A DNA stretch of 64,000 nt, from the NCBI GenBank assembly GCA_963662465.1, contig OY759599.1, positions 8,032,001 to 8,096,000 on the forward strand. Reading direction: 5' to 3'. The position numbers and the translations under genes were made by a program. This DNA is from Desulfatiglandales bacterium (lineage in GTDB: Bacteria > Desulfobacterota > DSM-4660 > Desulfatiglandales > Desulfatiglandaceae). Below the pieces are notes generated by a model, which saw only the letters and a program-made list of their open reading frames with translations, made no database searches and was not told the origin of the DNA. Below, one piece after another: positions 31,570 through 42,531 of the stretch. Position 1 is the first letter of the stretch; every line of letters begins with the position of its first letter.

Positions 31570-32697
31570 ATGGTCAATGACCCGGCGATTCTTCGTGAAG
31601 CCTATACCTATTTTGATCGGAAAGCGCCGGTGTTGTTTTTCGTTCTCTCGACACGGGGCCGTATTGTAGAGGCAAACCGTTATGCTGAGACCATCACCGG
31701 CCGCAATGTAGCGGGCGAAAACATTCAGGACCTGTTCGTGGATTTTACCGGAGCCTTCGATCTGGCGGCTTTGACGGGGGACGCATCATCGGAACATCTG
31801 CTCCATTTCATGACGCAATCCGGTGTGCCGCAAAGTTTCTATTTTTCATTTCGCAAAATGGGCGATCACGTGTTGACCTTTGGCAGGCTGGATGCCGATG
31901 AGATCGAACACATGCGAAAAGAGGTGCTGAGCCTGAACCGGGAGTTGAACAATGTCATGAGACAGCTTCATCAAAAAAATGCGCAGCTTGAGCGGCTCAA
32001 CCGGGAAAAAAACCAGTTCCTGGGAATGGCGGCTCACGATTTGCGCAAACCCATCGGGCTCATTATCTCCTATTCCGAATTTCTGATGGAAGAGGCGGCT
32101 GACCGGCTGGATGGTGAACAACAAGGGTTCCTCAATACCATTCATTCCTCCTGTTCCTTTATGAAAAGGCTGGTGGATGACTTTCTGGATGTCAGTGCCA
32201 TCGAAGCCGGGAAATTCGATCTGGACCTGCAGCCGGTCAATATCGACGATATTTTGGCGGAAAGCCTCAAACTAAATCATCTTCAGGCCGTCAAAAAGGG
32301 GATTGAACTGCAAGTTGGTTCCGAAAACCGCGGTCCTTTAATGACCATGGATGCATCCAAGATCGAACAGGTCATCACGAATCTGGTGTCAAACGCCATC
32401 GAGCATACCGGGCCCGGTACAAAGGTCAGTATCGGCCTTGCTTGTGATCGGCACGCCATGACCTTCTCGGTCCGGGACCGGGGACCGGGAATCCCGCCGG
32501 AAGAGATGAACAAACTGTTCAAACCCTTTGAAAAAACCAGCGTCAAAAAAACCGCCGGCGAAAAAAGCACGGGTCTTGGCATGCTGATCACCCGAAAAAT
32601 CATCGAAGCGCATGGGGGTGAAATATGGGTGGAGAGTACATTGGGCAGCGGAACGACCGTCTATTTTAGATTACCCCAAAAGGAATGGGAGCAATGA
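31570..32697 (+). CDS. PAS-like sensor histidine kinase
   Basis: AAHDLRKP H-box, NLVSNA, DRGPG, STGLG; starts 2 nt after the B12 gene stop. Confidence 0.93.
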   Translation: MVNDPAILREAYTYFDRKAPVLFFVLSTRGRIVEANRYAETITGRNVAGENIQDLFVDFTGAFDLAALTGDASSEHLLHFMTQSGVPQSFYFSFRKMGDHVLTFGRLDADEIEHMRKEVLSLNRELNNVMRQLHQKNAQLERLNREKNQFLGMAAHDLRKPIGLIISYSEFLMEEAADRLDGEQQGFLNTIHSSCSFMKRLVDDFLDVSAIEAGKFDLDLQPVNIDDILAESLKLNHLQAVKKGIELQVGSENRGPLMTMDASKIEQVITNLVSNAIEHTGPGTKVSIGLACDRHAMTFSVRDRGPGIPPEEMNKLFKPFEKTSVKKTAGEKSTGLGMLITRKIIEAHGGEIWVESTLGSGTTVYFRLPQKEWEQ

Positions 32698-33326
32698 ATC
32701 AGCGTATCAAAGTACTGGTAGTGGATGATGATCCGGACGTGCTTTTTGCCACATCGCGAATCGTCAAATCAGCGGGATATGAGGTGTTAGAAGCTTCCAC
32801 GGGCGCTCAGTGCATGGAAACCGCGCGAGAAATCCGGCCGGATCTTATCCTGCTGGATGTGGTGTTGCCGGATGTGGACGGAACAAAAGTGTGCCGGGAA
32901 ATCAAGTCCGATCCCGCGCTCAAGGCGACTTTTGTGGTCTTGATTTCGGGCGCGAAAACATCCTCTCTTGAGCAAGCAGATGGGCTTGACGTGGGTGCGG
33001 ATGGCTATATCGCACGGCCCATATCCAACCGTGAATTGAAAGCGCGGGTCGATGCCATGGCACGGATCTATATTGCCGAGCAAGAGCGGGATCGACTCAT
33101 TGTCGAACTCAAAGAAGCCCTTTCGAAAGTCAAACTGTTGAGCGGGTTGATTCCCATTTGTGCCAATTGTAAAAAAATACGAGACGACCAGGGATACTGG
33201 AATCGGATTGAAAAGTATATCGGTGAACACTCCAACGCGCAATTTACCCACAGTATCTGTCCGGAATGCGCGAAAAAACTGTATCCGGATTTGGAAATTT
33301 ATGATGATGAGGGCAAGCTTATTTAG
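32694..33326 (+). CDS. Response regulator with C-terminal Cys-rich (PICxxCKKIR...HSICPEC) domain
   Basis: REC domain; LIPICANCKKIRDDQGYW...THSICPEC; ATGA overlap with the HK. Confidence 0.93.
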   Translation: MNQRIKVLVVDDDPDVLFATSRIVKSAGYEVLEASTGAQCMETAREIRPDLILLDVVLPDVDGTKVCREIKSDPALKATFVVLISGAKTSSLEQADGLDVGADGYIARPISNRELKARVDAMARIYIAEQERDRLIVELKEALSKVKLLSGLIPICANCKKIRDDQGYWNRIEKYIGEHSNAQFTHSICPECAKKLYPDLEIYDDEGKLI

Positions 33327-33378
33327 CACGTAAACAGTTTGATCGGCGTTAATCTTCAACAAGGAGAGGGGACTGAAA

Positions 33379-35868
33379 ATGATGGGAAAAACGATAATTC
33401 ATCTGGTTTTGATTATATTCATCCTTATCACGACCCCCTGTTTTGGGGACGATTCAACATTACCGTTAAGCCCTGAAGAAAAATCGTGGATCAGCGAAAA
33501 CCATACCGTCAGGGTCCGCATCGGCAATGCGCCGCCATTCATGTTGACGGATGGAAAGATCCGAGGGATCGCCATCGACTATTTGACACACATCTTCAAT
33601 CTTAATGGCATTAAATTTCAGTATATCAATGATTCCGAAGTGACCTGGCCGCAAGCCCTCAACTATATCGAACAGCATGAGGTTGTGGACATGGTCCCCA
33701 CCGCGAAAATTACCGATGAACGTAAGAAACACATGATCTTTACGGATGAGTACCTTATTGCGCCATGGGTGATATTCACCCGGTCGGACGCGGATTTTGT
33801 CAGTTCAATAGAAGACTTGAAAGGGAAAACCGTGTCGGTCCAGGAAGGTTATGTTATGCATGAAAAGCTGAAACGGGATTACCCCGGCATCAACCTCAAA
33901 GTCGCTTCAGCCAAATTGGAAAATTTTGCCGAGATACCGGTCAAGGACTTGTCCACGGGGTTGGTCGATGCCTATATCGGCAATCTAATGATGACGACGT
34001 ATCTGATTCAGTCCAAAGGGTATGCCAACATAAAGGTCGCGGCGCCGACGCCCTTTGACAACCATAATCAGGCCATGGCCATCCGCAACGACTGGCCCGA
34101 ATTGGCCGGCATCATCAACAAGACCCTCGCCGCCATGACGCCGGAGGAACATGCCGCCATTCGCAATAAGTGGCTTACCATGCGATACGAATATGGAATC
34201 AGTAAAGCCGATTTATTAATGTGGATTTTAGGTATTTTGGCGGTTGCATCGGTTTTTGTGTTGTTTTTCTTGTTTTGGAACAAACGGCTTAAAGGGGAGA
34301 TTGCGCTTCGACAACAAATCGAAGAGAATTTGCGCGAAAACGAAGAAAGATACAAAAAAGCGCAAGGCATGGGCCAGGTGGGGAATTGGGAATACGACTT
34401 GAAAACGGAGAGATTCTGGGGGTCTGACGAAGCCAAAAAAATCTATGGGTTTGATCCGGAAAGTCAAAACTTCACCACTGAGGAGGTTGAGAGCTGTATC
34501 CCGGAGCGAGAAAGGGTTCATCAGGCGCTGATGGATCTGATGGAAAGAAACATCCCATACAATATTGAGTTTGAAATTCAACCCATTACCGGGCCGGATA
34601 AAAAGATTATCAAATCCATTGCCGAGGTCATGCGTGATGATTCGGGCGCCCCCCTAAAAGTGATGGGGCTGGTACAAGATATCACAGCGCAAAAAAAGGC
34701 TGAAAAGGCCATGATCAATTTAGAACGCCAACTGAGGCAATCCCAGAAAATGGAATCCATCGGGACTCTGGCCGGTGGCATCGCCCATGATTTCAACAAT
34801 ATGCTGGGAATTATCTTAGGCAATGCGGAACTGGCCATGGATGATGTGCCCGAATGGAATCCCGCCAGGCAAAACCTGGATGAGGTAAGGAAGGCCTGCA
34901 TGAGGGCAAAAGAGGTGGTCAGGCAAATTTTGGCCTTCAGCCGCAAATCTGAAACCGAGCAAAAAACGTTCAACATGGCATCCGTTGTCGCTGAATCGCT
35001 CAAACTCCTACGGGCTTCCATTCCCACCAGTATTGATATCCGCCACAATGTATCCGGCGACACGGCCGAGATCCTTGGAGATCCCACCCAAATCCATCAG
35101 GTCATGATCAATCTCTGCACCAATGCGGCGCATGCCATGGAAAATGAGGGGGGAGTTCTGGAAGTCGCTTTGGAAAATACGGAGCTCTATGAGGATACGG
35201 CTTCCCCATATCCTGAGTTACATCCCGGGCCCCATGTGCAATTGGTGGTGAGCGATACAGGAGCCGGCATCAGCCCTGAAGCCATAGACCGGGTCTTTGA
35301 TCCTTATTTTACCACAAAAGAGGTGGGCAAAGGCACGGGGCTTGGTCTTTCGGTGGTTCACGGGATTGTCAATAGCCACCATGGCGGAATTTCGGTTGCG
35401 AGCCGGCCGGGAAAAGGAACCACATTCACCCTATTGTTCCCGGCGCTTCAAGGGAAGACCATGGACGAACCGAAGGCGTTTCGAGAACTCCCCACCGGCA
35501 AAGAGAGAATTCTGTTTGTCGACGATGAAGAAACAATGGTGAAACTGAATCAGCAGCGATTGGAAAGACTCGGATATACGGTCATCCCCAAAACCGATCC
35601 TACCGAAGCGTTAAGGTTTTTCCGTAGCCATCCGGATCAAATCGACCTTGTCATCACTGATATGACCATGCCCCGCATGACCGGGGACAAACTCGCTCAA
35701 GAAATCCTCAAAGTGAGATCCGACATGCCCATCATTCTCTGCACCGGGTACAGTAACCGGATCTCGGAGGCGCGTGCCCGGGAACTCGGTATTCGGAAAT
35801 ACATTGAGAAACCCATTGAAATGGAAAACCTGGCGAGGTCGGTCCGAGAGGTTTTGGATGGCCCGTGA
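33379..35868 (+). CDS. Membrane hybrid histidine kinase with periplasmic binding-protein (PBPb) sensor
   Basis: Signal peptide, APPF/GIAIDYL/MAIRNDWPEL SBP motifs, TM helix, PAS, GGIAHDFNN, REC. Confidence 0.95.
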   Translation: MMGKTIIHLVLIIFILITTPCFGDDSTLPLSPEEKSWISENHTVRVRIGNAPPFMLTDGKIRGIAIDYLTHIFNLNGIKFQYINDSEVTWPQALNYIEQHEVVDMVPTAKITDERKKHMIFTDEYLIAPWVIFTRSDADFVSSIEDLKGKTVSVQEGYVMHEKLKRDYPGINLKVASAKLENFAEIPVKDLSTGLVDAYIGNLMMTTYLIQSKGYANIKVAAPTPFDNHNQAMAIRNDWPELAGIINKTLAAMTPEEHAAIRNKWLTMRYEYGISKADLLMWILGILAVASVFVLFFLFWNKRLKGEIALRQQIEENLRENEERYKKAQGMGQVGNWEYDLKTERFWGSDEAKKIYGFDPESQNFTTEEVESCIPERERVHQALMDLMERNIPYNIEFEIQPITGPDKKIIKSIAEVMRDDSGAPLKVMGLVQDITAQKKAEKAMINLERQLRQSQKMESIGTLAGGIAHDFNNMLGIILGNAELAMDDVPEWNPARQNLDEVRKACMRAKEVVRQILAFSRKSETEQKTFNMASVVAESLKLLRASIPTSIDIRHNVSGDTAEILGDPTQIHQVMINLCTNAAHAMENEGGVLEVALENTELYEDTASPYPELHPGPHVQLVVSDTGAGISPEAIDRVFDPYFTTKEVGKGTGLGLSVVHGIVNSHHGGISVASRPGKGTTFTLLFPALQGKTMDEPKAFRELPTGKERILFVDDEETMVKLNQQRLERLGYTVIPKTDPTEALRFFRSHPDQIDLVITDMTMPRMTGDKLAQEILKVRSDMPIILCTGYSNRISEARARELGIRKYIEKPIEMENLARSVREVLDGP

Positions 35869-36052
35869 GGAGGATGCGAAGATGGAATATGTTTCGAGTG
35901 TCGAAAGAATCGGTTACAAAAAGGGGCCTTGATCATTGTTTCGACCAATGTGGGACACCGTGTTTGGTGTTGTCCGCTTCTAGGGGCGAAAAATTTTTCG
36001 CCCTTTGCAAAATGGCAGAATGAATGATCAAGGCCGATATCGAGAAAAAATA

Positions 36053-38623
36053 ATGGGTAAAATAAAATTTCAAAATAGAGCGTTGTTCACGATTTCAGTG
36101 GTTATATATGTAACCGCCTTATTTATCTATGGGGTTTTGAATTATATCTATCACAAAAGCGAAATCATGGCATCCGTCGATGCAAAGTTGTACAATGGCG
36201 CAGCCGTTCTGAAGTATGTTTTGCCGGATGATTTTCATGACAGAGCCATAAACGAAAACGCTGTTTCAGTGAATGAGGATCAGCATATTTCTCGAAAGCT
36301 GACGAAATTGATTAAAGATACGGGTTATAAATTTGCCTATACCATCATTAAAATAGGGAACGACCTCTTCTTTATCGCTTCCGATATCGCAGCGGATCCT
36401 AAAAATAAAAGAGGAACTTTCTATTTTTATCCCTACAAGGAAGCAGACGAGAGCTTCTTCGAGGCTTTCAACCGGCAAACCCCCACTTATAAAACGGTAA
36501 CGGACCAGTGGGGTACTTTTCGAACCGTCATGATTCCGGAAACGTCGCCGGGCGGTGTCAAATATCTTGCATGTGCCGACTATGACATCAGTTATGTCAA
36601 CGGATTGCTTCAAAAGAGTCTGCTGCAATCGCTGGCAACGGTTCTTTTGTTCATATTATTGGCCGTTCCCATTGTCATCATTTACAACCGCGCCCTCAGA
36701 AATTACACAATCTCGTTGGCCGAGAGCGAGGAAAAATTCCGCAATTTTACGGAACAGTCCCTTGTGGGCATCTATCTGATTCAAGACGGGGTGTTCCGCT
36801 ATGTGAATCCTAAATTTGCTGAAATTTTCGGTTGCACCCCTGAGGAATGCCTCGATCATATGTCCTTTCAAAATTTCGTGCATCCGGATGACAAAGCCGC
36901 CGTTCAGGAGCAGATTCGCAAGAGAACCTCCGGGGAAACTGAATTTGCGCACTACACGTTCAAGGGGATAAAGAAAACAGGCGACATAATCGATGTCGAG
37001 ATATTCGGGACCGCCACCATTTTCGATGGAAAGCCCGCTGTTTCGGGAACGTTATTGGACATTACCCGGCGAAAGCGGGCCGAGGCCGCGGTTTTAGAGA
37101 GTGAAGCCAACCTTCAGAGCGTCTTCGATGCGGTGCCGGTGGGCATCTGTTTCATGAAGGATCGCGTGTATCGGCGTGCAAACCAAAACTGGTGCGTCAG
37201 CTTCGGCTATGCCGAGGCGGACCTTTTGGGCAAAACAACCGATTTCCTTTATGAAACAAAGGAAGAATCCGACCGTGTGGGAAAGAAATTAAATGAGCAT
37301 ATGCAAGAACATGGCATTGTAACCATCAATACCCGCTTGAAACGCAGTGATGGCGAATTCAGGGATGTTGTTTTGACGGCGAAACCGTTAAACGATCAGG
37401 ATATAGGGGCCGGCACCGTCGTTGTCGTTCACGATGTCACCGAACTCAAGCGTATTGAGGCGGAAAGAAAGGGCCTCGAAGACCAGTTGCGTCAATCCCA
37501 GAAACTGGAAGCCATCGGCACCCTGGCGGGCGGCATTGCCCATGACTTCAACAATATCCTCGGGGGGATTATCGGGTATTCAGAGCTGGCAAAAATGAAG
37601 GCCCTTGAAGGGGCCGACGTTATGGGCGATCTGAATCAGATCATAAAAGCGGGAAACCGGGCGGCAAAGCTGGTTGAACATATTCTGACCGTGAGTCGCC
37701 GGCACAAGCAGGAACAAAGGCCGGTGCGGATCAAAACCATCGTTGAGGAGGCCCTGAAGCTGATAAGGTCCACCCTCCCCACAACCATTGAGATTAGGGC
37801 GCGCCTGGCCATGGGGGGCGGTATCGTTCATGCGGACCCCACCCAGATGCATCAGGTGGTTATGAATCTCTGTACCAATGCCGGTCATGCCATGCAGGCG
37901 GAGGGTGGTGTTTTGATGGTCGAACTGGCCAATGTGGAACTGGATGACACGGAGGCGGCCAAATATTTGGATTTGTCCGCCGGTCCCTTCCTCAGGATGA
38001 CGGTCAGTGACACCGGACGCGGTATGGGTCATGAGACAATGGAGCGGATCTTTGATCCCTATTTCACCACCAAGGATACGGGAGAGGGAACGGGGTTGGG
38101 GTTGTCCGTGGTCCAGGGCATTGTCAAGGCCCACGGGGGCGCCATCACGGTTTACAGCCAACCCGGGGAGGGCACCACTTTCCATGTGTATTTACCCGTC
38201 ATTCTGGCGGAGGAAAGGGAGGAAGACCGGTCCGAGGAACCCCTTCCCACCGGAAGCGAGCGCATTCTGCTGGTTGATGATGAGCAGGCCCTGGTGGATG
38301 TGGGGGAGCAGATGCTGGATTGGCTGGGATATCAGGTGGTTGCCACCAGAAGCAGTATCGAGGCATTGGAACTGTTCCGGGCGGCGCCCGACCGTTACGA
38401 TCTGGTGATTACCGACATGACCATGCCCCATATGACGGGCGACAAACTGGCTTTGGAGTTGATGAAGATTCGCCCTGATATCCCGATTATCCTTTGTACC
38501 GGACACAGCAAACTGATTTCAAAAGAGAAGGCAAGACGCTTGGGAATACGGGCATTTGTCATAAAGCCTCTTTTGAAACGGGTGATGGCGGAGACGGTTC
38601 GGAATGTGCTGGATAAAAAATGA
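36053..38623 (+). CDS. Membrane hybrid histidine kinase (2 TM, 2 PAS, HisKA, HATPase, REC)
   Basis: Two hydrophobic helices flanking an extracytoplasmic domain; GGIAHDFNNIL; REC. Confidence 0.95.
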   Translation: MGKIKFQNRALFTISVVIYVTALFIYGVLNYIYHKSEIMASVDAKLYNGAAVLKYVLPDDFHDRAINENAVSVNEDQHISRKLTKLIKDTGYKFAYTIIKIGNDLFFIASDIAADPKNKRGTFYFYPYKEADESFFEAFNRQTPTYKTVTDQWGTFRTVMIPETSPGGVKYLACADYDISYVNGLLQKSLLQSLATVLLFILLAVPIVIIYNRALRNYTISLAESEEKFRNFTEQSLVGIYLIQDGVFRYVNPKFAEIFGCTPEECLDHMSFQNFVHPDDKAAVQEQIRKRTSGETEFAHYTFKGIKKTGDIIDVEIFGTATIFDGKPAVSGTLLDITRRKRAEAAVLESEANLQSVFDAVPVGICFMKDRVYRRANQNWCVSFGYAEADLLGKTTDFLYETKEESDRVGKKLNEHMQEHGIVTINTRLKRSDGEFRDVVLTAKPLNDQDIGAGTVVVVHDVTELKRIEAERKGLEDQLRQSQKLEAIGTLAGGIAHDFNNILGGIIGYSELAKMKALEGADVMGDLNQIIKAGNRAAKLVEHILTVSRRHKQEQRPVRIKTIVEEALKLIRSTLPTTIEIRARLAMGGGIVHADPTQMHQVVMNLCTNAGHAMQAEGGVLMVELANVELDDTEAAKYLDLSAGPFLRMTVSDTGRGMGHETMERIFDPYFTTKDTGEGTGLGLSVVQGIVKAHGGAITVYSQPGEGTTFHVYLPVILAEEREEDRSEEPLPTGSERILLVDDEQALVDVGEQMLDWLGYQVVATRSSIEALELFRAAPDRYDLVITDMTMPHMTGDKLALELMKIRPDIPIILCTGHSKLISKEKARRLGIRAFVIKPLLKRVMAETVRNVLDKK

Positions 38624-38720
38624 GGCGCCGTGAATGGTTCCCATAGTAAAGCAGACCGGAAGGGTTGCCGGTCATCGTCAAGCCCTGAGATCTACATTAT
38701 GTTTATGATAGGATGATGTT

Positions 38721-40082
38721 ATGTCATTTTACCAACTTGGCCTTCGGGTCGAACTGCTTAAAACCGTTAAAACCAAGGGTTACCTTGCCCCCACTCCCAT
38801 TCAGACCCAGGTCATTCCCTTTATTCTTGATGGACGGGATGTTTTTGCCCGCGCTCAGACCGGAACGGGAAAAACAGACGCATTTGCACTCCCTTTGGTT
38901 GAAATGCTGAGTCGCCGGAAGGGCAGCGGGCGACATCCCCGTGCGCTGGTTTTGACCCCCACGCGGGAATTGGCGCTTCAGGTGGGAGAGAGCATCAAGG
39001 GCTATGCCAGGCGGGTCTCCCTTCGATGCACCGTTGTTCATGGCGGGGTTCGCATTCATCCGCAGATTGATCGGCTGCGGCGCGGTATCGACATCCTTGT
39101 GGCCACGCCGGGTCGTTTGCTGGATCTTGCCGGCGGGAGGCATCTGAAACTTTCCCGTATCGAGTTTCTGGTTTTCGATGAGGCGGATAGAATGCTGGAT
39201 CTGGGATTCAGTGAGGAGATCTCCGAAATCCTCGATCTTGTTCCAACTGAACGCAGGACCATGCTGTTTTCCGCTACTTACACCCAGCAGATCCGGGATC
39301 TTGCCGGAAAGATACTGCTGGATCCGGAATATATCGAGGCGACGCCTGAGCATACGGCGGCGGAATCTGTTGTTCAGAAGGTACACCTGGTGGACCGCTC
39401 CAATAAACGGGCGCTCCTCACTCACCTGATCACCCGGGGACGCTGGACCCGGGTACTGGTCTTTACCCGCACCAAACACGGGGCAAACAAGCTTACGGAG
39501 AAACTTGCGGCAAAAGGGATCAATGCCGTTGCCCTGCATGGCAACAAGAGCCAGTCTTTCCGGACGCGTACGCTAAAAGAGTTCAAGAACGGCGAGATCC
39601 GCATCCTCGTGGCGACGGATGTGGCCGCAAGGGGCCTGGATATCAGCCATCTGCCCTATGTGGTTAACTACGATATGCCCGGCATCCCAGAGGATTATGT
39701 TCACCGCATCGGTCGCACCGGTCGGGCGGGTGTTAGCGGTATTGCCGTTTCCCTGGTCTCTCACGATGAAAAGTCTTGTCTCCAGGCTATTGAAGCATTG
39801 CTGAAGCAGAAGATTCCGGTGGAAAAGGTTGATGGTTATACCGTAGACAGCGATGTCCCGGATTTTGTTCTATTTCGCCCCGACAGCCCGTCCAGTGAAA
39901 AACAGGCGGACAAGGACATCAAAGAGATCGTCGTCACAAGAAATGCCTCAAAACAGCGTGCGAAAATCCGTAAGGCGAAAGGCGCCGGTTCGGGCAGACG
40001 CTCGGGAGCGCAATCGAAATCCCGATCCGGCGGGCGAAACCATAAAGCGGGGGAAAACCGCCCTGGTAAGGGATCGTTTTAA
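38721..40082 (+). CDS. rhlE: DEAD-box RNA helicase (RhlE-like)
   Basis: AQTGTGKT, PTRELA, DEAD, SAT, ARGLD, HRIGRTGR; basic C-tail. Confidence 0.92.
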   Translation: MSFYQLGLRVELLKTVKTKGYLAPTPIQTQVIPFILDGRDVFARAQTGTGKTDAFALPLVEMLSRRKGSGRHPRALVLTPTRELALQVGESIKGYARRVSLRCTVVHGGVRIHPQIDRLRRGIDILVATPGRLLDLAGGRHLKLSRIEFLVFDEADRMLDLGFSEEISEILDLVPTERRTMLFSATYTQQIRDLAGKILLDPEYIEATPEHTAAESVVQKVHLVDRSNKRALLTHLITRGRWTRVLVFTRTKHGANKLTEKLAAKGINAVALHGNKSQSFRTRTLKEFKNGEIRILVATDVAARGLDISHLPYVVNYDMPGIPEDYVHRIGRTGRAGVSGIAVSLVSHDEKSCLQAIEALLKQKIPVEKVDGYTVDSDVPDFVLFRPDSPSSEKQADKDIKEIVVTRNASKQRAKIRKAKGAGSGRRSGAQSKSRSGGRNHKAGENRPGKGSF

Positions 40083-41356
40083 TGCAGCAGCCAGTTGGGC
40101 AGCAGCAGCGAAATGGCCGGCACGTAGGTGACTGCCAGCAGGCAAAGGAGCATGATCACCAGAAAGGGCATGACCCCTTGCGCGATGCGGGTAAGCGGTT
40201 TTCCGGTAATGCCCGATGATACGAAAAGATTCAGTCCGAAGGGCGGCGTAAGCATGCCCATTTGAATGTTCAGCACCATGACCACGCCGAAGTGAACCAG
40301 GTCGATGCCGTATCGGTTGAGGGTTTCCAGGAACAGGGGCGCCAGCACCAGCATGGCGCTCACATCATCCATGAAACAGCCCAGAATCAAAAAAAGAATG
40401 TTGACCGTCAGCAGAAACATCCAGGGACTGTGGATGTATTGCATGATGAGGTCGGCCAGCTGGTTGGGGATTTGCTCCGCCGTCAACAGCCAGATGAAGG
40501 TCATGGCGCAGGACAGGATGAACAGCAGGCAGGCGGACAGGATGGCCGCTTCCTGGCAGACGGAGGTCAGGTCCTTGAGACCGAATTCCCGGTATATGAG
40601 CATCTCAACCAGGAGGGCATAGATGACGCTGACGGCGGCCGCTTCCGTGGGGGTGAAGACCCCCGAGTAGATGCCCCCCAGAACGATGATGGGCAACAGG
40701 AGCGCCCAGAATCCCCGTTTTGCCGTTCGGATGATTTCCTTGAGGGATGCCTTTTTTTCGATGCGCCAGTTATGCTTTTTGGCAATCACATAGGTATAGG
40801 CGATGAGGGCCGCGCCGATCAGGAGTCCCGGCAGAACGCCTGCCATAAACATCTCGGCCACGGAGACGTTCATTACCAGACAATAGAGGATCATGGGGAT
40901 GGATGGGGGAATGACAATGCCGAGTGAGCCGGACACGGTAATTAACCCCAGTGAAAATCTTTCGCCGTAGCCCGCCTTGATGAGGGCGGGAATCATGACG
41001 GAGCCGATGGCCACCACCGTTGCCGGAGAAGATCCGGAAATGGCCGCGAAAAAGATACAGGCCAGGACTCCCGCAATGGCCAGGCCCCCCGGAAACCATC
41101 CCACCAGGGCATTGATGAAATCGATCAACCGCCGGGCGATGGCCCCCTTGGTCATGATGCTTCCCGCAACGATGAAAAAGGGGATGGCCAGAAGGACGAA
41201 TTTATCCAGAGCGTTAAACAGTTGCTGGGTCAGAATGTGAAGGGGGGTATTGGAAAACAGATAAAGGGTGACCGTGGTGGTAATGCCCAGGATCACGGCG
41301 ATGGGAACGCCCGCCAGGAGCAACAGCGCAAAGCAGAGGCAGATGGTCAGGGTCAT
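40079..41356 (-). CDS. dctM: TRAP transporter large permease
   Basis: LLAIPFF, AISGSSPA, GIVIPPSI, GVFTPTEAA, TPPFGLNL. Confidence 0.96.
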   Translation of the reverse strand: MTLTICLCFALLLLAGVPIAVILGITTTVTLYLFSNTPLHILTQQLFNALDKFVLLAIPFFIVAGSIMTKGAIARRLIDFINALVGWFPGGLAIAGVLACIFFAAISGSSPATVVAIGSVMIPALIKAGYGERFSLGLITVSGSLGIVIPPSIPMILYCLVMNVSVAEMFMAGVLPGLLIGAALIAYTYVIAKKHNWRIEKKASLKEIIRTAKRGFWALLLPIIVLGGIYSGVFTPTEAAAVSVIYALLVEMLIYREFGLKDLTSVCQEAAILSACLLFILSCAMTFIWLLTAEQIPNQLADLIMQYIHSPWMFLLTVNILFLILGCFMDDVSAMLVLAPLFLETLNRYGIDLVHFGVVMVLNIQMGMLTPPFGLNLFVSSGITGKPLTRIAQGVMPFLVIMLLCLLAVTYVPAISLLLPNWLLH

Positions 41357-41913
41357 GGGGTTGCCTCCCGGGCCGGTTTTCCAGGCCCTTTGGGTTCCAA
41401 TTCCTTGAGAAAATTGACGGCCGCGGTAAAAAACCGAAAGCCCATGACCATGGAAAAAAACGGAATGGGCAGGTAGGCCACGTACATGGGTATCTCCATG
41501 GCCGGGGAGGTGGTTTCGTATCCGTACATGCGGATCACGATTCTCCAGGAATAATAGGCCACGAGTACAAAAAAGAGGGCGGAGAGAATGCTGGTGGCGG
41601 ATTTGAGCAACTGTTGCCAGGGCCGGTTCAGGTGCATAACGATGAGGTCCATGGTGAAATGGCTGCCGGTTTTGACGCCGATGCCGCCACCCAGGAATGC
41701 CACAAATACGCCCAGGTAACGGCCCAGCTCTTCAAACCAGGTGAAGCTGTAGTTGAACAGGTAACGGGCGAACACCTGTATAAACCCGATCAAGGCCAGT
41801 CCCAGAATCGTCCATACCAGGGTGGCTCTTTCAAGTCGATCGATGAAGTGACTTATTTTTTTCAAACCGGCATCCCTCCAGAAGCTGTTAGCCGTTAGCT
41901 TTTCGCTTTTCAA
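41353..41913 (-). CDS. dctQ: TRAP transporter small permease
   Basis: QVFARY, W.EELGRY, HFTMD; four TM helices; start uncertain. Confidence 0.93.
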   Translation of the reverse strand: MKSEKLTANSFWRDAGLKKISHFIDRLERATLVWTILGLALIGFIQVFARYLFNYSFTWFEELGRYLGVFVAFLGGGIGVKTGSHFTMDLIVMHLNRPWQQLLKSATSILSALFFVLVAYYSWRIVIRMYGYETTSPAMEIPMYVAYLPIPFFSMVMGFRFFTAAVNFLKELEPKGPGKPAREATP

Positions 41914-41936
41914 TGCTAACAGCTAACAGCTAACCG

Positions 41937-42485
41937 CTAAAAACCATATCCCGCGTCAAAAACCTTGAGATTATTCTCCCTTAAACGGTCAGGGCTTACG
42001 GCAATAATAGTATTGCGCAATTCATCACAGGTAAAGGGTTCATTCTCAAGAGAGGTAAAAAAGCCCATGAGCGCCAGGTTGGTGGACATGGGATTGCCTA
42101 AGTCCGCGGCTGTCTTCTGAGCCGGGAAGGCATGGACTGAAATGTTCTGTTGTTCAAGATAGTGCCTCACTTCCTTTCTGGGAAAGTCGTTGCTTTCAGC
42201 ATTGACGTAAATGCTTCCCCCTGGCGCCAGGAAGGGCAGGTTCCGATAGGCTTCATTTTCTTCCAGGGCCAGGAGGAACCGGGCCGTTTGGTCCCGGATC
42301 AGGCTGCTTGCCATCTTTCCCAGTTTGAGATGGGAAACCACGGATCCTCCCCGCTGGGCCATGCCGTGGGTTTCGGCGCCCAGGGTGGCAAGTCCCTTGT
42401 CCAGGGCCGCCCGGGCAAAAATCTTGGTCATGAAAAGGATGCCCTGTCCACCCAGACCGCAGAATATCATGTTTATATTTTCCAT
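41937..42485 (-). CDS. iorB: Indolepyruvate:ferredoxin oxidoreductase beta subunit
   Basis: GLGGQG, ETHGMAQRGGSV; SD before ATG 42485. Confidence 0.92.
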   Translation of the reverse strand: MENINMIFCGLGGQGILFMTKIFARAALDKGLATLGAETHGMAQRGGSVVSHLKLGKMASSLIRDQTARFLLALEENEAYRNLPFLAPGGSIYVNAESNDFPRKEVRHYLEQQNISVHAFPAQKTAADLGNPMSTNLALMGFFTSLENEPFTCDELRNTIIAVSPDRLRENNLKVFDAGYGF

Positions 42486-42531
42486 TATGTTCCTCTTATT
42501 TGATGTTATTTGCAAACGGCGCGAACGAAAA

